A stretch of DNA of 64,000 bases, taken from contig NIVC01003620.1 of assembly GCA_002269645.1 (NCBI GenBank), positions 1 to 64,000 of the forward strand, written 5' to 3'. The notes beneath the pieces were generated by a model. It saw nothing but the letters and a program-made list of their open reading frames with translations, ran no database searches and was not told the origin of the DNA. This stretch comes from Macrostomum lignano (lineage: Eukaryota). The translations under genes were made by a program, and so were the position numbers. Of this stretch, positions 1 through 12,445 are shown piece by piece. Positions within the stretch are counted from its first letter, which is position 1. Each line of letters begins with the position of its first letter.

Positions 1-481
1 TCTGGATCGACGTCCGGGCTACTCCTGCCCTCACCATCGCTTTCCTGACAGTGCTGGCTGTGGTGAACGCAGAACGCCGGCACCCAGATGACGGGGATGC
101 CCAGGGTGAGCTACGTGAAGGCTATCGACCTGTTCATGATGGCAGCCTCATGTTCGTCATCGCCGCGCTCATGGAATTCGCCGCTGCCAGCTTCCTCACT
201 CGCAGCACGAGAAAGAGCTCGGCGAGCAGCCGTCGCGACGTCGAAGGCGCTCCTGCGCGCACGGCCGGCTGCCGCCTGCGCTGGCAGTCGCGAACGGCCT
301 GGAGGACATGCTGATGTCCGAGGAGCGGACCAGGAAGATGCGCAGCTGGTGCTACAGAAATCCAAGGGTGAATAAGTTGGACTATTGCAGCAGGTTCCTG
401 TTCCCACTGGCTTACCTGGTGTTCCAGGCTGCCTATTGGTCTTATTATCTGCGGGACAGGGACAACTGCGGCCCCAGCTGA
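1..481 (+). CDS. C-terminal part (end of TM1 to TM4) of a Cys-loop ligand-gated anion channel subunit (GlyR/GluCl/GABA-A-like), 5'-partial, several frameshifts
   Basis: WIDVRATPA-LTIAFLTVLAVV from nt 3 (frame 3); MPRVSYVKAIDLFM (frame 1); LMFVIAALMEFAAASFL (TM3, frame 3); NKLDYCSRFLFPLAYLVFQAAYWSYYL (TM4, frame 2); stop TGA at 479-481. These are diagnostic pLGIC motifs spread over all three frames. Confidence 0.85.
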
Positions 482-490
482 CTGCTGCTG

Positions 491-912
491 GTGAGATTCC
501 TGCTTGAATATCAGAGTAGACCGGGTGAGATTCCAGCTTGAATATCAGAGTAGACCGGGTGAGATTCCTGCTTGAATATCAGAGTAGACCGGGTGAGATT
601 CCACCGCTGACAGTCAGAGTAGACCGGGTGAGATTCCAGCTTGAATATCAGAGTAGACTAGGTGAGATTCCAGCCTGAATATCAGAGTAGAGCAGTGAGA
701 TCCTGCTTGAATATCAGAGTAGACCAGGTGAGATTCCAGCTTGAATATCAGAGTAGACGGGTGAGATTCCAGCTTGAATATCAGAGTAGACGGGTGAGAT
801 TCCAGCTTGAATATCAGAGTAGACGCGGGTGAGATTCCAGCTTGAATATCAGAGTAGACCAGTGAGATTCCAGCCTGACAGTCAGAGTAGACCAGGTGAG
901 ATTCCAGCCTGC
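491..912. repeat. 34-bp minisatellite (GTGAGATTCCAGCTTGAATATCAGAGTAGACCGG)
   Basis: About 12 tandem copies immediately after the channel stop codon. Confidence 0.95.
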
Positions 913-2327
913 CAATCAAAATCTAAAGAGTGAATGGCTAAAAACTTGTCAGGAATAACAACAGCCACTATTGTTTCTCATATTGATGACGCTTGAGACA
1001 TTCAGGTAAAATTAATTGTCCAACTCAATTGAGCTCCATTGTCAGCTGATGCAGCTTTGTGCATAACTTTTTAAAGGCGCCTTGTCAATTGTTCGTTTGC
1101 CCTGATCTGAGTTAAGGAGCTTAAAAGTGCACCAATATGTTAACAAATTTATTTGCAACCGTAAAAGTTAAAAGCTCCACATTACGAGTAACATTGAAAA
1201 GAATTAAACTTTGCGTTTTTTTCAAATATTACTGCTATGCATATCACCATGTACATGTTCTTGTGACACTTACTACATGCACATAATTCATGCAATAACT
1301 TAAACATGTTCGTGCTCTATTTTTGCTGCTTTTGCAATTCAATTTGAGTTTCTACAAGAATTAGTTCTTAAATATTCCAATTCTATGATTTATATTAATT
1401 TTATTTTAATTAAAACTTTGCCGTCACAATCAACCTGATTATTTGTGTACACAGTGTACAGCCTTGATGGGAACTGAAAGTTGAGCTTGAACTTTCTTTT
1501 ACAATGAAATTTGCTACTCATGCAATACATTTTGTTCGTTATATTCAGAAAATACAATACATAATACCTGCCAACAAGATGACCTGCCCGTGAAATCTGC
1601 TAATGTAATGGAATCTACCATTAAATCTACCTTAAATCTGCCAGCGAAACACTGGATGCCTAAACCTACCTACAAGCTGATAACAGCCAATCTTTCAAGT
1701 TCGCTTCTTTCTCAATTGTGTTAGATCAGCTCAAATATTTACATGTAACGCTTTCTAAACTTGAATAAACTTCTCAAATTTGCTTTATTCCATGAGATTG
1801 CACCAGCCGAGGCAACCTACTCAGCAACACGCCACCCCCATATAGCATTCGTCTCTGCATTCTTCTGCACTGCACACTCGCTGCAGTACAGCAGACTTCT
1901 ATTTGGCTCGGGGCAAAGAGACTGAGTACTCGGACACAAATTTGCTATAAACTAACTTCGGGGTGGGGCGACAGTTTACTCAGTGTAGTCTACGAGTAGA
2001 AAACATAAGAGAGCAGAAGACAAACATTGTGATGAGAATTAATAATGGCACAGTTGCTGCCCACCTGTGCCCTGCTTCTCTTTTCTGTACACCTGACAAA
2101 ATTCTGCTGTTGGCTTTTATTCTTCATAAACATACGAACTGCGAACTTCAAAAAACTGTCTCCTAATTTAGGGGAGAAGTTCTGTGTGCGGGTGCGTGTT
2201 ATAAATTCCAACAACACATGCGGAATGCACTGGATGCGATCGACTTATTTTTAAAGGCCAGACTTTTTAGGCATCGTCAATTACATGTAACGTCATGTCT
2301 AAGACGCTACCAACGAAGCAGTCATCC

Positions 2328-2869
2328 ATGTCGGCGGTGAGGGCGGAGGACCCGCTGTCCACCCTGCTGACCAGGCTGCTGCGCCAGGGCAGCACCGCCG
2401 ACGCCCTGAAGCTGCTCGACTCCGTGAGAGACGCTGGCGTTCGGCCGCTCGCCTCGCTGACGCTCTGGACTGCGCGATGCGGCTGCCGCGGCCCGGCGCC
2501 GTGGTGGCCAGCCTGCTCAGTCAGCTGCTCGAAGCCGACAACCCGGATCAGCAATCGGAAGTCGCCGCCACTGCGTCCGCCGCAGCCCTGAAATTTCTGG
2601 CCAACTTGTCGAAGAATTCGACCGCTCTGTACTCGGTGCTCGCCAGGCTGTCCAGCGGGCGGATTGTCGATGCGTTCCGCTGCTGCGTTGAGGCGGGCGA
2701 GGAGGAGACGGCGCTGCGACTGCTGCCGCATCTGCCAGTGCCGGTCAGTTACTTAGTTAGTTAATTAGTTAGTTAGTTAGTTAGTAAGTTAGTTAGTAAG
2801 TTAGTTAATTAGTTAGTAAGTTAGTAAGTTAGTCAGTCAGTCAGTCAGTTAGTCAGTTAGTTAGTTAGT

Positions 2870-2954
<85 letters not shown>

Positions 2955-3040
2955 CAGTTAGTTAGTCAGTCAGTTAGTCAGTTAGTTAGTTAGTTAGTTA
3001 GTTTAGTTAGTTAGTTAGTCAGTCAGTCAGTCAGTTAGTC

Positions 3041-3095
<55 letters not shown>

Positions 3096-3228
3096 AGTTA
3101 GTCAGTTAGTCAGTTAGTCAGTTAGTCAGTTAGTTAGTTAGTTAGTTAGTTAGTCAGTCAGTTAGTCAGTTAGTTAGTTAGTTAGTTAGTTTAGTTAGTT
3201 AGTTAGTCAGTCAGTCAGTCAGTTAGTC

Positions 3229-3295
<67 letters not shown>

Positions 3296-3312
3296 CAGTT
3301 AGTCAGTTAGTC

Positions 3313-3351
<39 letters not shown>

Positions 3352-3372
3352 CAGTCAGTCAGTCAGTTAGTC

Positions 3373-3455
<83 letters not shown>

Positions 3456-3645
3456 AAGTTAGTCAGTCAGTCAGTCAGTTAGTCAGTTATTTAGTTAGTT
3501 AGTCAGTTAGTCAGTTAGTTAGTTAGTCAGTCAGTCAGTCAGTTAGTCAGTTAGTTAGTTAGTCAGTTAGTCAGTTAGTTAGTTAGTTTAGTTAGTTAGT
3601 CAGTTAGTTAGTTAGTAAGTTAGTCAGTCAGTCAGTCAGTTAGTC

Positions 3646-3684
<39 letters not shown>

Positions 3685-3778
3685 AAGTTAGTCAGTCAGT
3701 CAGTCAGTTAGTCAGTTAGTTAGTTAGTTAGTTAGTTAGTTTAGTTAGTAAGTTAGTCAGTCAGTCAGTCAGTTAGTC

Positions 3779-3813
<35 letters not shown>

Positions 3814-3834
3814 CAGTCAGTCAGTCAGTTAGTC

Positions 3835-3925
<91 letters not shown>

Positions 3926-3954
3926 AAGTTAGTCAGTCAGTCAGTCAGTTAGTC

Positions 3955-3985
<31 letters not shown>

Positions 3986-3996
3986 AAGTTAGTTAA

Positions 3997-4043
<47 letters not shown>

Positions 4044-4344
4044 ATTAGTTAGTTAGTTAGTTAGTAAGTTAGTTAGTCAGTCAGTCAGTTAGTCAGTTAG
4101 TTAGTTAGTTTAGTTAGTTAGTTAGTTAGTTAGTTAATTAGTTAGTTAGTAAGTTAGTCAGTCAGTCAGTCAGTTAGTCAGTTAGTTAGTTAGTTAGTTA
4201 GTCAGTTAGTCAGTTAGTTAGTTAGTCAGTCAGTCAGTCAGTTAGTCAGTTAGTTAGTTAGTCAGTTAGTCAGTTAGTTAGTTAGTTTAGTTAGTTAGTC
4301 AGTTAGTTAGTTAGTAAGTTAGTCAGTCAGTCAGTCAGTTAGTC

Positions 4345-4387
<43 letters not shown>

Positions 4388-4416
4388 AAGTTAGTCAGTC
4401 AGTCAGTCAGTTAGTC

Positions 4417-4511
<95 letters not shown>

Positions 4512-4540
4512 AAGTTAGTCAGTCAGTCAGTCAGTTAGTC

Positions 4541-4571
<31 letters not shown>

Positions 4572-4582
4572 AAGTTAGTTAA

Positions 4583-4617
<35 letters not shown>

Positions 4618-4679
4618 ATTAGTTAGTTAGTTAGTAAGTTAGTTAGTCAGTCAGTCAGTTAGTCAGTTAGTTAGTTAGT

Positions 4680-4716
<37 letters not shown>

Positions 4717-4921
4717 AAGTTAATCAGTCAGTCAGTCAGTTAGTCAGTTAGTTAGTTAGTTAGTCAGTTAGTCAGTTAGTTAGTTAGTCAGTCAGTCAGT
4801 CAGTTAGTCAGTTAGTTAGTTAGTCAGTTAGTCAGTTAGTTAGTTAGTTTAGTTAGTTAGTTAGTTAGTTAGTTAGTAAGTTAGTCAGTCAGTCAGTCAG
4901 TTAGTCAGTTAGTTAGTTAGT

Positions 4922-4962
<41 letters not shown>

Positions 4963-5036
4963 CAGTTAGTTAGTTAGTTAGTTAGTCAGTTAGTTAGTTA
5001 GTTAGTTAGTTTAGTTAGTTAGTTAGTTAGTTAGTC

Positions 5037-5071
<35 letters not shown>

Positions 5072-8000
5072 AAGTTAGTCAGTCAGTCAGTTAGTCAGTT
5101 AGTTGTCAGTTAGTTAGTTAGTTAGTTAGTTAGGGGTTTGTGCACACCAAGCCGTAGGCACAATGGACTAAAAAGTACACTCCAAATTGTCCTTTTAATC
5201 GTTCCGCAGCCCTCGTCCACGGCCGCTCAGTGGCTCATGCTGGCGTCAGAGCGAGGCCTCCTGCGGCTCCTGGCCGGCCTGCTTAACAGCCGCTGCCTGC
5301 AGGCGGCTCCAGCGGTTCTTAACGCTGAGGACGCCCGTGGCCGAACGGCTCTGGCGGCAGCCTGCTTGGCCGGACAGGCTGGTGCGGCCCGCCTGCTGCT
5401 GGACAGCGGGTCAGCCGATCCCGGCCGGGTGGAAACGGACGGTCGGACTTGCAGGCAGCTGCTGCCGGCGGCCGGAGCGGCTGGCGAAAACTCGGCAGCC
5501 TTCGACGAGATCGCCCTGCTCCTGGACACCGCCGAGAGTCTGTGAGAGTCAAAATGGTCTTCTTGATCCTGCTCTTTGTTCTTCTTTTTCTTCTTGATCC
5601 TGCTCTTTGTTCTTCTTTTTCTTCTTGATCCTGCTCTTTGTTCTTCTTTTTCTTCTTGATCCTGCTCTTTGTTCTTCTTTTTCTTCTTGATCCTGCTCTT
5701 TGTTCTTATTTTTCTTCTTGAACCTGCTCTTTGTTCTTCTTTTTCTCCTTGATCCTGCTCTTTTTGATCTTCTTCTTGATCCTACCCTTTCTAGTCTTTT
5801 TCTTCTTCCTAATCCTGCTCTTTTTGGTCTTAACCTTGTTGATCTTTTTTAGCTAGGAAGATAGACTGTTAAGTCTCCAGATAGAGTGCTTAGTCTCCAG
5901 ATAGAGTGCTTAGTCTCCAGATAGAGTGCTTAGTCTCCAGATAGAGTGCTTAGTCTCCAGATAGAGTGCTTAGTCTCCAGATAGAGTGCTTAGTCTCCAG
6001 ATAGAGTGCTTAGTCTCCAGATAGAGTGTTAGTCTCCAGATAGAGTGTTAAGTCTCCAGATAGAGTGCTTAGTCTCCAGATAGAGTGCTTAGTCTCCAGA
6101 TAGAGTGCTTAGTCTCCAGATAGAGTGTTAAGTCTCCAGATAGAATGTTAAGTCTCCAGATAGAGTGCTTAGTCTCCAGATAGAGTGCTTAGTCTCCAGA
6201 TAGAGTGCTTAGTCTCCAGATAGAGTGCTTAGTCTCCAGATAGAGTGCTTAGTCTCCAGATAGAGTGCTTAGTCTCCAGATAGAGTGTTAAGTATCCAGA
6301 TAGAGTGTTAAGTCTCCAGATAGAGTGCTTAGTCTCCAGATAGAGTGCTTAGTCTCCAGATAGAGTGCTTAGTCTCCAGATAGAGTGCTTAGTCTCCAGA
6401 TAGAGTGCTTAGTCTCCAGATAGAGTGCTTAGTCTCCAGATAGAGTGCTTAGTCTCCAGATAGAGTGCTTAGTCTCCAGATAGAGTGTTTAGTCTCCAGA
6501 TAGAGTGCTTAGTCTCCAGATAGAGTGTTAAGTCTCCAGATAGAGTGTTAAGTCTCCAGATAGAGTGTTAAGTCTCCAGATAGAGTGCTTAGTCTCCAGA
6601 TAGAGTGCTTAGTCTCCAGATAGAGTGCTTAGTCTCCAGATAGAGTGCTTAGTCTCCAGATAGAGTGCTTAGTCTCCAGATAGAGTGTTAAGTCTCCAGA
6701 TAGAATGTTAAGTCTCCAGATAGAGTGCTTAGTCTCCAGATAGAGTGCTTAGTCTCCAGATAGAGTGTTAAGTATCCAGATAGAGTGTTTAGTCTCCAGA
6801 TAGAGTGCTTAGTCTCCAGATAGAGTGCTTAGTCTCCAGATAGAGTGCTTAGTCTCCAGATAGAGTGCTTAGTCTCCAGATAGAGTGCTTAGTCTCCAGA
6901 TAGAGTTTAGAGTCTACAGAGCATCTGCATTGCTCTATATTACAATATATCAGCACTGGCACTGATTGTGAAGTATAGCTAGTAAAAATGTACTTTTATG
7001 CACCATTGTACCAATCCAATCTCCGCACTCACGCAGCGGCAGCAGCCAGTCAGAGCGAGCTCAGAGCCGGCAATTGCACAGCTTCCTAACAAGATGCGGC
7101 TTCACTGCCAGGCGAGCCGAGCTCCACTGCGAGGCGGCCGACTTTCTGCTTGTCCGAATCGCCCGGCCACTGGCCGCCGCAGCGGACAGATCCGGCCAGC
7201 TGGCCTGCCACCTGGTTGGCAGCTACGCGGAAGGCTGGGGCGCCTGCCTGCTGCAGGCGAATGGCCGGCTGGCGGCCGACTCCAATGTTAACTGGCTGCT
7301 GTGTCGCGGCAACTGCGGTGAGTGAAATTCAATTGATCACGTGACTTCTCCAGGCTTACAGCAAGGACTACTAGACTATATCAAAGTGTTCCTAGTGGTC
7401 CTTGGCTTATAGTTAGGCCATGAGGAAAGTGTCCAAATTTCCGCGGAACCGCCGCGGAATTTCGTGGAAAACTGTGTGAAATGTGCTCCTCTTGGCTGGG
7501 TCAGTGGGGATGAGAATGGCTAGGATTCCATATTCCTTCCTTGACTATGCTACTTTTTCTTTGTAGTCGCACATTATTAACGAGATTTAAAGTCATACTT
7601 GCTAGTTATCATATATCCCTTAGGTGCTTCGATTCATTTTTTAATAATGTCAGGCCATCACGTCACCGAAACTCAAAAAGGCTGAAATATTGAAGCGCTT
7701 TTTGATACGAAACAAAGAGAAAGAAAGAGAAGGAGAGAGGCGGCAGGGAGAAGGAGAGAGGTGGCAGAGAGAAGGAGAGAGGTGGCAGAGAGAAGGAGAG
7801 AGGCGGCAGGGAGAAGGAGAGAGGCGGCAGGGAGAAGGAGAGAGGTGGCAGAGAGAAGGAGAGAGGTGGCAGAGAGAAGGAGAGAGGGGGCAGAGAGAAG
7901 GAGAAAGCGGCAGGGGAGAAGGAGAGAGGCGGCAGAGCGGAGAGAGGTGGCAGAGAGAAGGAGAGAGGTGGCAGAGAGGAGAGAGGCGGCAGAGAGAAGG

Positions 8001-10097
8001 AGAGAGGCGGCAAGGGAGGAGAGAGGCGGCAAAGAGAAGGAGAGAGGCGGCAAGGGAGGAGAGAGGCGGCAGAGAGAAGGAGAGAGGCGGCAAGGGAGGA
8101 GAGAGGCGGCAAGGAGAAGGAGAGAGGCTTAGGGTTCAGTGGAATTGGCGTGACTGCTTGACTTGATTTGAGGCAGTGTCTGTGTCTGTATTAACAGATT
8201 CTTATATGTCTGCAGGTGCTAAATTGGAAACCTGAAGTACAAGGAGGCTACAACTGATTTTCTTAGAAATGAGCTGTAGGTCGATTTGTCGTATTTAGGA
8301 TGTTCTCAAGAAATCCGATTTTTCTCCACTGAGTTCGTCTATGGCAAAACTCCTTTCAGTGCTATGCATTCTCGAGAGCATATTACACGTTTCTTATCGG
8401 CCTCCAGCTCAAAAAATAAAATAACTTATGAATCCTATCAATGGCCCATACATTCACTCGATCCTAGTTTGGTATCGACAGTCTCTTCTTAGAGACCTGT
8501 ATGCGGTGTGTTTTGCGTTAAAGTGTCTTATTAATGCTTATTTTGTGCCTGCTGTCGACTTAGCTCGTACTAAGCATTAATTATTAATTGCTTACCGCCT
8601 TGCACCACCAATACACACTGTAGAACCTGAGCGGGAGCCCCGCACCATCGGCGACTGCCAGCAAGCTGGAATTTCGGTGCGCACCGACTGGCAGACGGGC
8701 AGGCGATGGCAGAATCCGCACGAGACGGCTCGCATAGTGCAGCTGTTCCGCGGCGGCGGCGGCGGCTCCGCCAGGCAGTTGATGGTTCGTCAGACTCGCG
8801 ACCTACCGGCCTGCTTTGCCAGTCAGGAGAGGCGACTCATGCGATGCCTGAGCACCGTTCAGGGCCAGCTGTTCACCATAGTGAAGCTCGTGTTCAAGCG
8901 AATGCTGCCATCCATGGGAGCCGCCGGGCTGACTTCCTACCACGCCAAGACAGTTCTGTTCTTCCTGCTGGCTCGGCACGCCCGTCGACGCAGCTGGTGG
9001 ACGGTGGAGAATCTGCTGCCGCTAGTGAGGAAGACGCTGCATCTGACGCTGGAGCTGCTGGAACTGGACGCCAGGCCGTGCGTGGCCATGCCGCACTTCT
9101 TCGCCGACAACTGTCAGTTAGCATTTCGCGATCCATCGGTGGACACGAAATTGCGCGTACGCGAGTCGCTCAGTGCGTTGTGCGCTGATCCGAAAAAAGT
9201 TGACGACTTTCTTAGAAAGCACCTGCGTCCGGTGGTGTCGCAGAGGCAGCCGCTGTTCTTTCATCCGTTCACGTTGCTGCCGGCTGACTTTTTTAGCTTA
9301 GAACTGATGGAGACGCCTAACTCGGATTCTGCCACAAACCAAGCGTTCGCGGATGTGTACCTGCTGGTCCAGCAGTGCCTTAGCGACTTGTCCTCATCGA
9401 GTCAGGCTGACAAGCAGTCCCGACTGACAAGGATCAGCTGCCTGCCAGCTTGGTGTCTTTGCTCCCGCCAGTGCTTGACAGCTCTAGCATGGCTTAGCTT
9501 TGGCGATCGAACTCGGGCCACCAAGGTGTTAGTACCGCAGACCAGTCACCGAGTCCAGCGGTACTGGGACTCGGAGCGCTGCTGTTTCTTTGACGGCCTG
9601 CTATCGAAAGAAGGAGCTGCTGGCGGTGTCCTTTATGCGAATCCAAGCAACTGCGGCGACTGGGGTTGGCGATTTTGTTTTAGCAGTCGAGAGTTCGAGT
9701 GGCTCTGGAAGAGCTGCCGCAGTTCACCCAGGCTCTACTCCAGCCAAGGCCTGACTCGCTTGACCGTCTGTACGTAAACTTTCGTTGCATATCCTGGAGC
9801 CTGATGGCTGAGCTGTTGCCAAAGCACATTGTGTCCCCAGCCAATTGGTACGCTGAGATGAAGTTCGACCCCGATCATCAAGAGCTGCTTACTTTGGCTC
9901 ATTACAGCGACAGTCCATTGCACCTTCACTTCTGTCGGACAATGCTGGAGGAACTGCGCAATCGGTCGCGTCTGGATTTGAGCTGCGAGATCGAGGCGGT
10001 GCAGACCAAGCTCAGCCGACTCACCAGAGGATCAGATGGCTGGAATGGTGTCAAGCTTCGGCCAAAAAGGATGGGATTGTCCAGTTGCAGGAGCTAA
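2328..10097 (+). CDS. Ankyrin-repeat + Mab-21/cGAS-like nucleotidyltransferase-fold (cGLR) protein; 4-exon model with at least 2 frameshifts
   Basis: Exons 2328-2743, 5210-5541, 7037-7317 and 8624-10097. All three introns are GT-AG and phase-compatible (phases 0, 2, 1). ANK motif LNAEDARGRTALAAACLAGQAGAARLLLDSG; NTase motif LVGSYAEGWG...ADSNVN; Mab-21 C-terminal motifs FASQERRLM..L..VQGQLFTIVKLVFK, LTSYHAKTVLFFLL, MPHFF. Frameshifts near 2440 and near 9703. Confidence 0.7.
2744..5132. repeat. (GTTA/GTCA)n tetranucleotide microsatellite filling intron 1 of the ANK-cGLR gene
   Basis: About 2.4 kb of GTTA with GTCA/GTAA variants; begins at the donor GTCAGT. Confidence 0.97.
5559..5830. repeat. 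31-bp pyrimidine-rich minisatellite (CTTCTTGATCCTGCTCTTTGTTCTTCTTTTT)
   Basis: About 6 good copies, then decays. Confidence 0.9.
5871..6918. repeat. 20-bp minisatellite (AGTCTCCAGATAGAGTGCTT)
   Basis: About 52 near-perfect tandem copies. Confidence 0.97.
7725..8130. repeat. ~21-bp purine-rich minisatellite (GGAGAGAGGCGGCAGAGAGAA)
   Basis: Tandem copies inside intron 7318-8623; accounts for the low-complexity ORFs at 7650-8166. Confidence 0.95.
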
Positions 10098-10672
10098 AAA
10101 TTTCGATTGTTTTACAATTCAACTGGGAGTTGCACCCTTAGTCTTAGTCTCTGCCTACATGCACATATAAAACTGTTTCAGAATATCTTTTCATATTCTG
10201 AAAATATAATAATACCTTTCAGAATAAGGTATTATTAATTTATAATCTACGAGTATATAAAGAATAAAGTTGACTAACTAGTGTACGGATGGTGTTTCCT
10301 GCGAACCCAGGAGAAGGCACGGGCTTCCCTGATTGGTTCACTCAACCCTCTCTAGCCCCGGGGAGGTTTTGATTTGAGCTTGGAGTAGGTGCGACGCCTC
10401 GACGGTAGGGGGTAGGGCCCGCCCTTTGCCCGACTGGTGTCGCCTGTTCGGCTTGTTGGCCACAGTTTCTCTTAGCCTAGCTTAGGAACCTAGTGTACAT
10501 TAGTACACTCCCAACCTGGAACCTAATTCATTACTAGTGGCGTAAGAGCCTTTTCAGTGGCTGAGGTGCCTTTTTACTTATTTTAGTTAGTTAGTTCTCA
10601 CCAGAGTCTTGAGCTCTGGTCCCAATAGTGGCCTCTCGGGCTATATGCCCCAGGCAGTATGGCCCAATCAGA

Positions 10673-10712
10673 TCCCTGCGGTAGAGCCCCCTTTCGGGCT
10701 CTACCGCAGGGA
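10673..10712. other. Perfect 17-bp-stem hairpin
   Basis: TCCCTGCGGTAGAGCCC (10673-10689), 6-nt loop, GGGCTCTACCGCAGGGA (10696-10712). Confidence 0.9.
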
Positions 10713-11862
10713 CGTTCGCACGACGAAGTTCGTGGTGTTTTAATTTTAAAGCTTCTTTTTCTCGATCTGAAAACTTTCGGAAAAATGCTTACGACATGAC
10801 CGTTGCACCAAAAGTATTAAATTTTTCTTTTTTAATGACGTAAAATGTATACAGAGGTTGATAAAAACCGTAGGATTTTCCGGCTTAGAAGAATTGTAAA
10901 ATAGAGTTTTTAAAGGACCTAGTATTCTGATTCACTTAAAATTAGCAATAGTACTGAAATTGTATCAATTAGCATGTATATACATATATAATATAGCTAT
11001 GTATGAAACTACAGCAGTTAGAAGTTAAGCTGAAGATCGTTTACAGTTTTTTAATAATAATTTAATACGAGATGAAAGTACCTAATTTATTATTTCAATT
11101 TAAGAAGAGTGATTTAGTTTCTATCGTTAATTTTATTTTTTATTGCTGCTTTTCCAGCTGAAGAAACGACAAAGATTATTTTCAATAGTTTAGACATTTG
11201 TTAAAATTTAAACTTCTAGAGCGCGCCACGCGGTTTAAAAACAAGAAGACTTAACGTGCAGCTGCTAATTAAATTTTATTGTAAAAAACGTTGATTCTCA
11301 TTTTAAAAAGACGGGTGTAAAGTCAATTTTTTATTGCAATATTTGTCCTGTTTCATCAAGAAAGGGAGTCTAAATCAAAACCGGTATTTGAAACAGTTCC
11401 TTGTTTCAAAATGGATTGCACTGGCTGCAAAAATAAATTCCATTTTCCTGGTAAGTTGCACTTTCTGTGACACAAGGCCTATATATTATGAAAGTACTAC
11501 TGCCCTTATATCAGTGGCATTACATTAGCCTTAGGCAACATATATAGGAATATGCCGTCGCCCATAGCCATAGGACCTAAGCTGCAGGCACTTCCTTAGG
11601 CCTACTTAAAGTTAAATTATCTTTATAATGTACAATGAGATGGAATAAATTTTTAGAAGTATTTATAGTGTTTAATCTTTTTATTAATAAATAGGCCTAA
11701 AAAACTGCAAGTTTGATTAAAAAGTAGTTAGGCCTATGTACATGTTTTTTGGCAAGTAGGCCTATGCTGAAAAGTTGTATATCATAGACACAGGCCTATG
11801 CATTAATGACCTCGGTATGCATTAGGATTATGCCAATTATATGCTAAGTTAAGTAATGTTTC

Positions 11863-12445
11863 GCCATAGCCGTAGCTTAAAATATGGTAAAATAGGTGCC
11901 TATGGCAGCTACAGATACGCCTACGGTAGCTAGCTGCTCTTATGGCTACGAGTATGGAAATATAGTAGTTGCTATCACATTCTGTAGATTCCCGTAGCTA
12001 TAGTTATTAATGTTAAAAATTGAAAAAATATTAGAAACAGGTAGAGTAAAACAAAGATACTTTTAGTAAAATGTATTATCAACCTAGAAACTTATAAAAT
12101 ATACCTAAAAAAGTATAATAAAACACTAGTAAATTCTAATTTTTATTAATGTGAAAAACTCTAGCATTAGTACTTTCAATAACAATTAAGTATTGTTGCT
12201 CTAAAAAAGACGCAATATATTCTTACAAAGACAAGTGTTTCTTTTATTTTCTAATTTAATTTGCAGTTGTTTAAGCACTAGGTTATCTTCTTGATTTAAA
12301 ATACTTTGTTTTTTAGACTTTTTGTAAAAACTAAAGCTATGGCTACGGGAACTATGGGAATATGGTAATTTCGGGGTCCTTACGGCTACGGAATACGGAG
12401 AATTGGAGTAAGCCATAGTTTTGCTTACGGCTACAGCTATGGTAT
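11863..12445. mobile_element. Degenerate MITE-like element with long imperfect inverted arms
   Basis: GCCATAGCCGTAGC (11863) mirrors GCTACAGCTATGG (~12430); TTCCCGTAGCTATAG (~11990) mirrors CTATGGCTACGGGAA (~12337); AT-rich centre; no TSD resolved. Confidence 0.4.

Noticed and set aside
2744-5132. (TTAG)n as interstitial telomeric repeat
   Set aside because: Lacks the G-runs of TTAGGG/TTAGG; behaves as an ordinary tetranucleotide microsatellite
7650-8166. Arg/Glu-rich and Leu/Ser-rich ORFs (likewise 60306-61046)
   Set aside because: GA/CT-rich minisatellites in introns
10283-10560. LTR-like segment (starts TGT; TGGCG PBS-like at ~10538)
   Set aside because: No second LTR, TSD or gag/pol sequence is visible; cannot be supported without a repeat library
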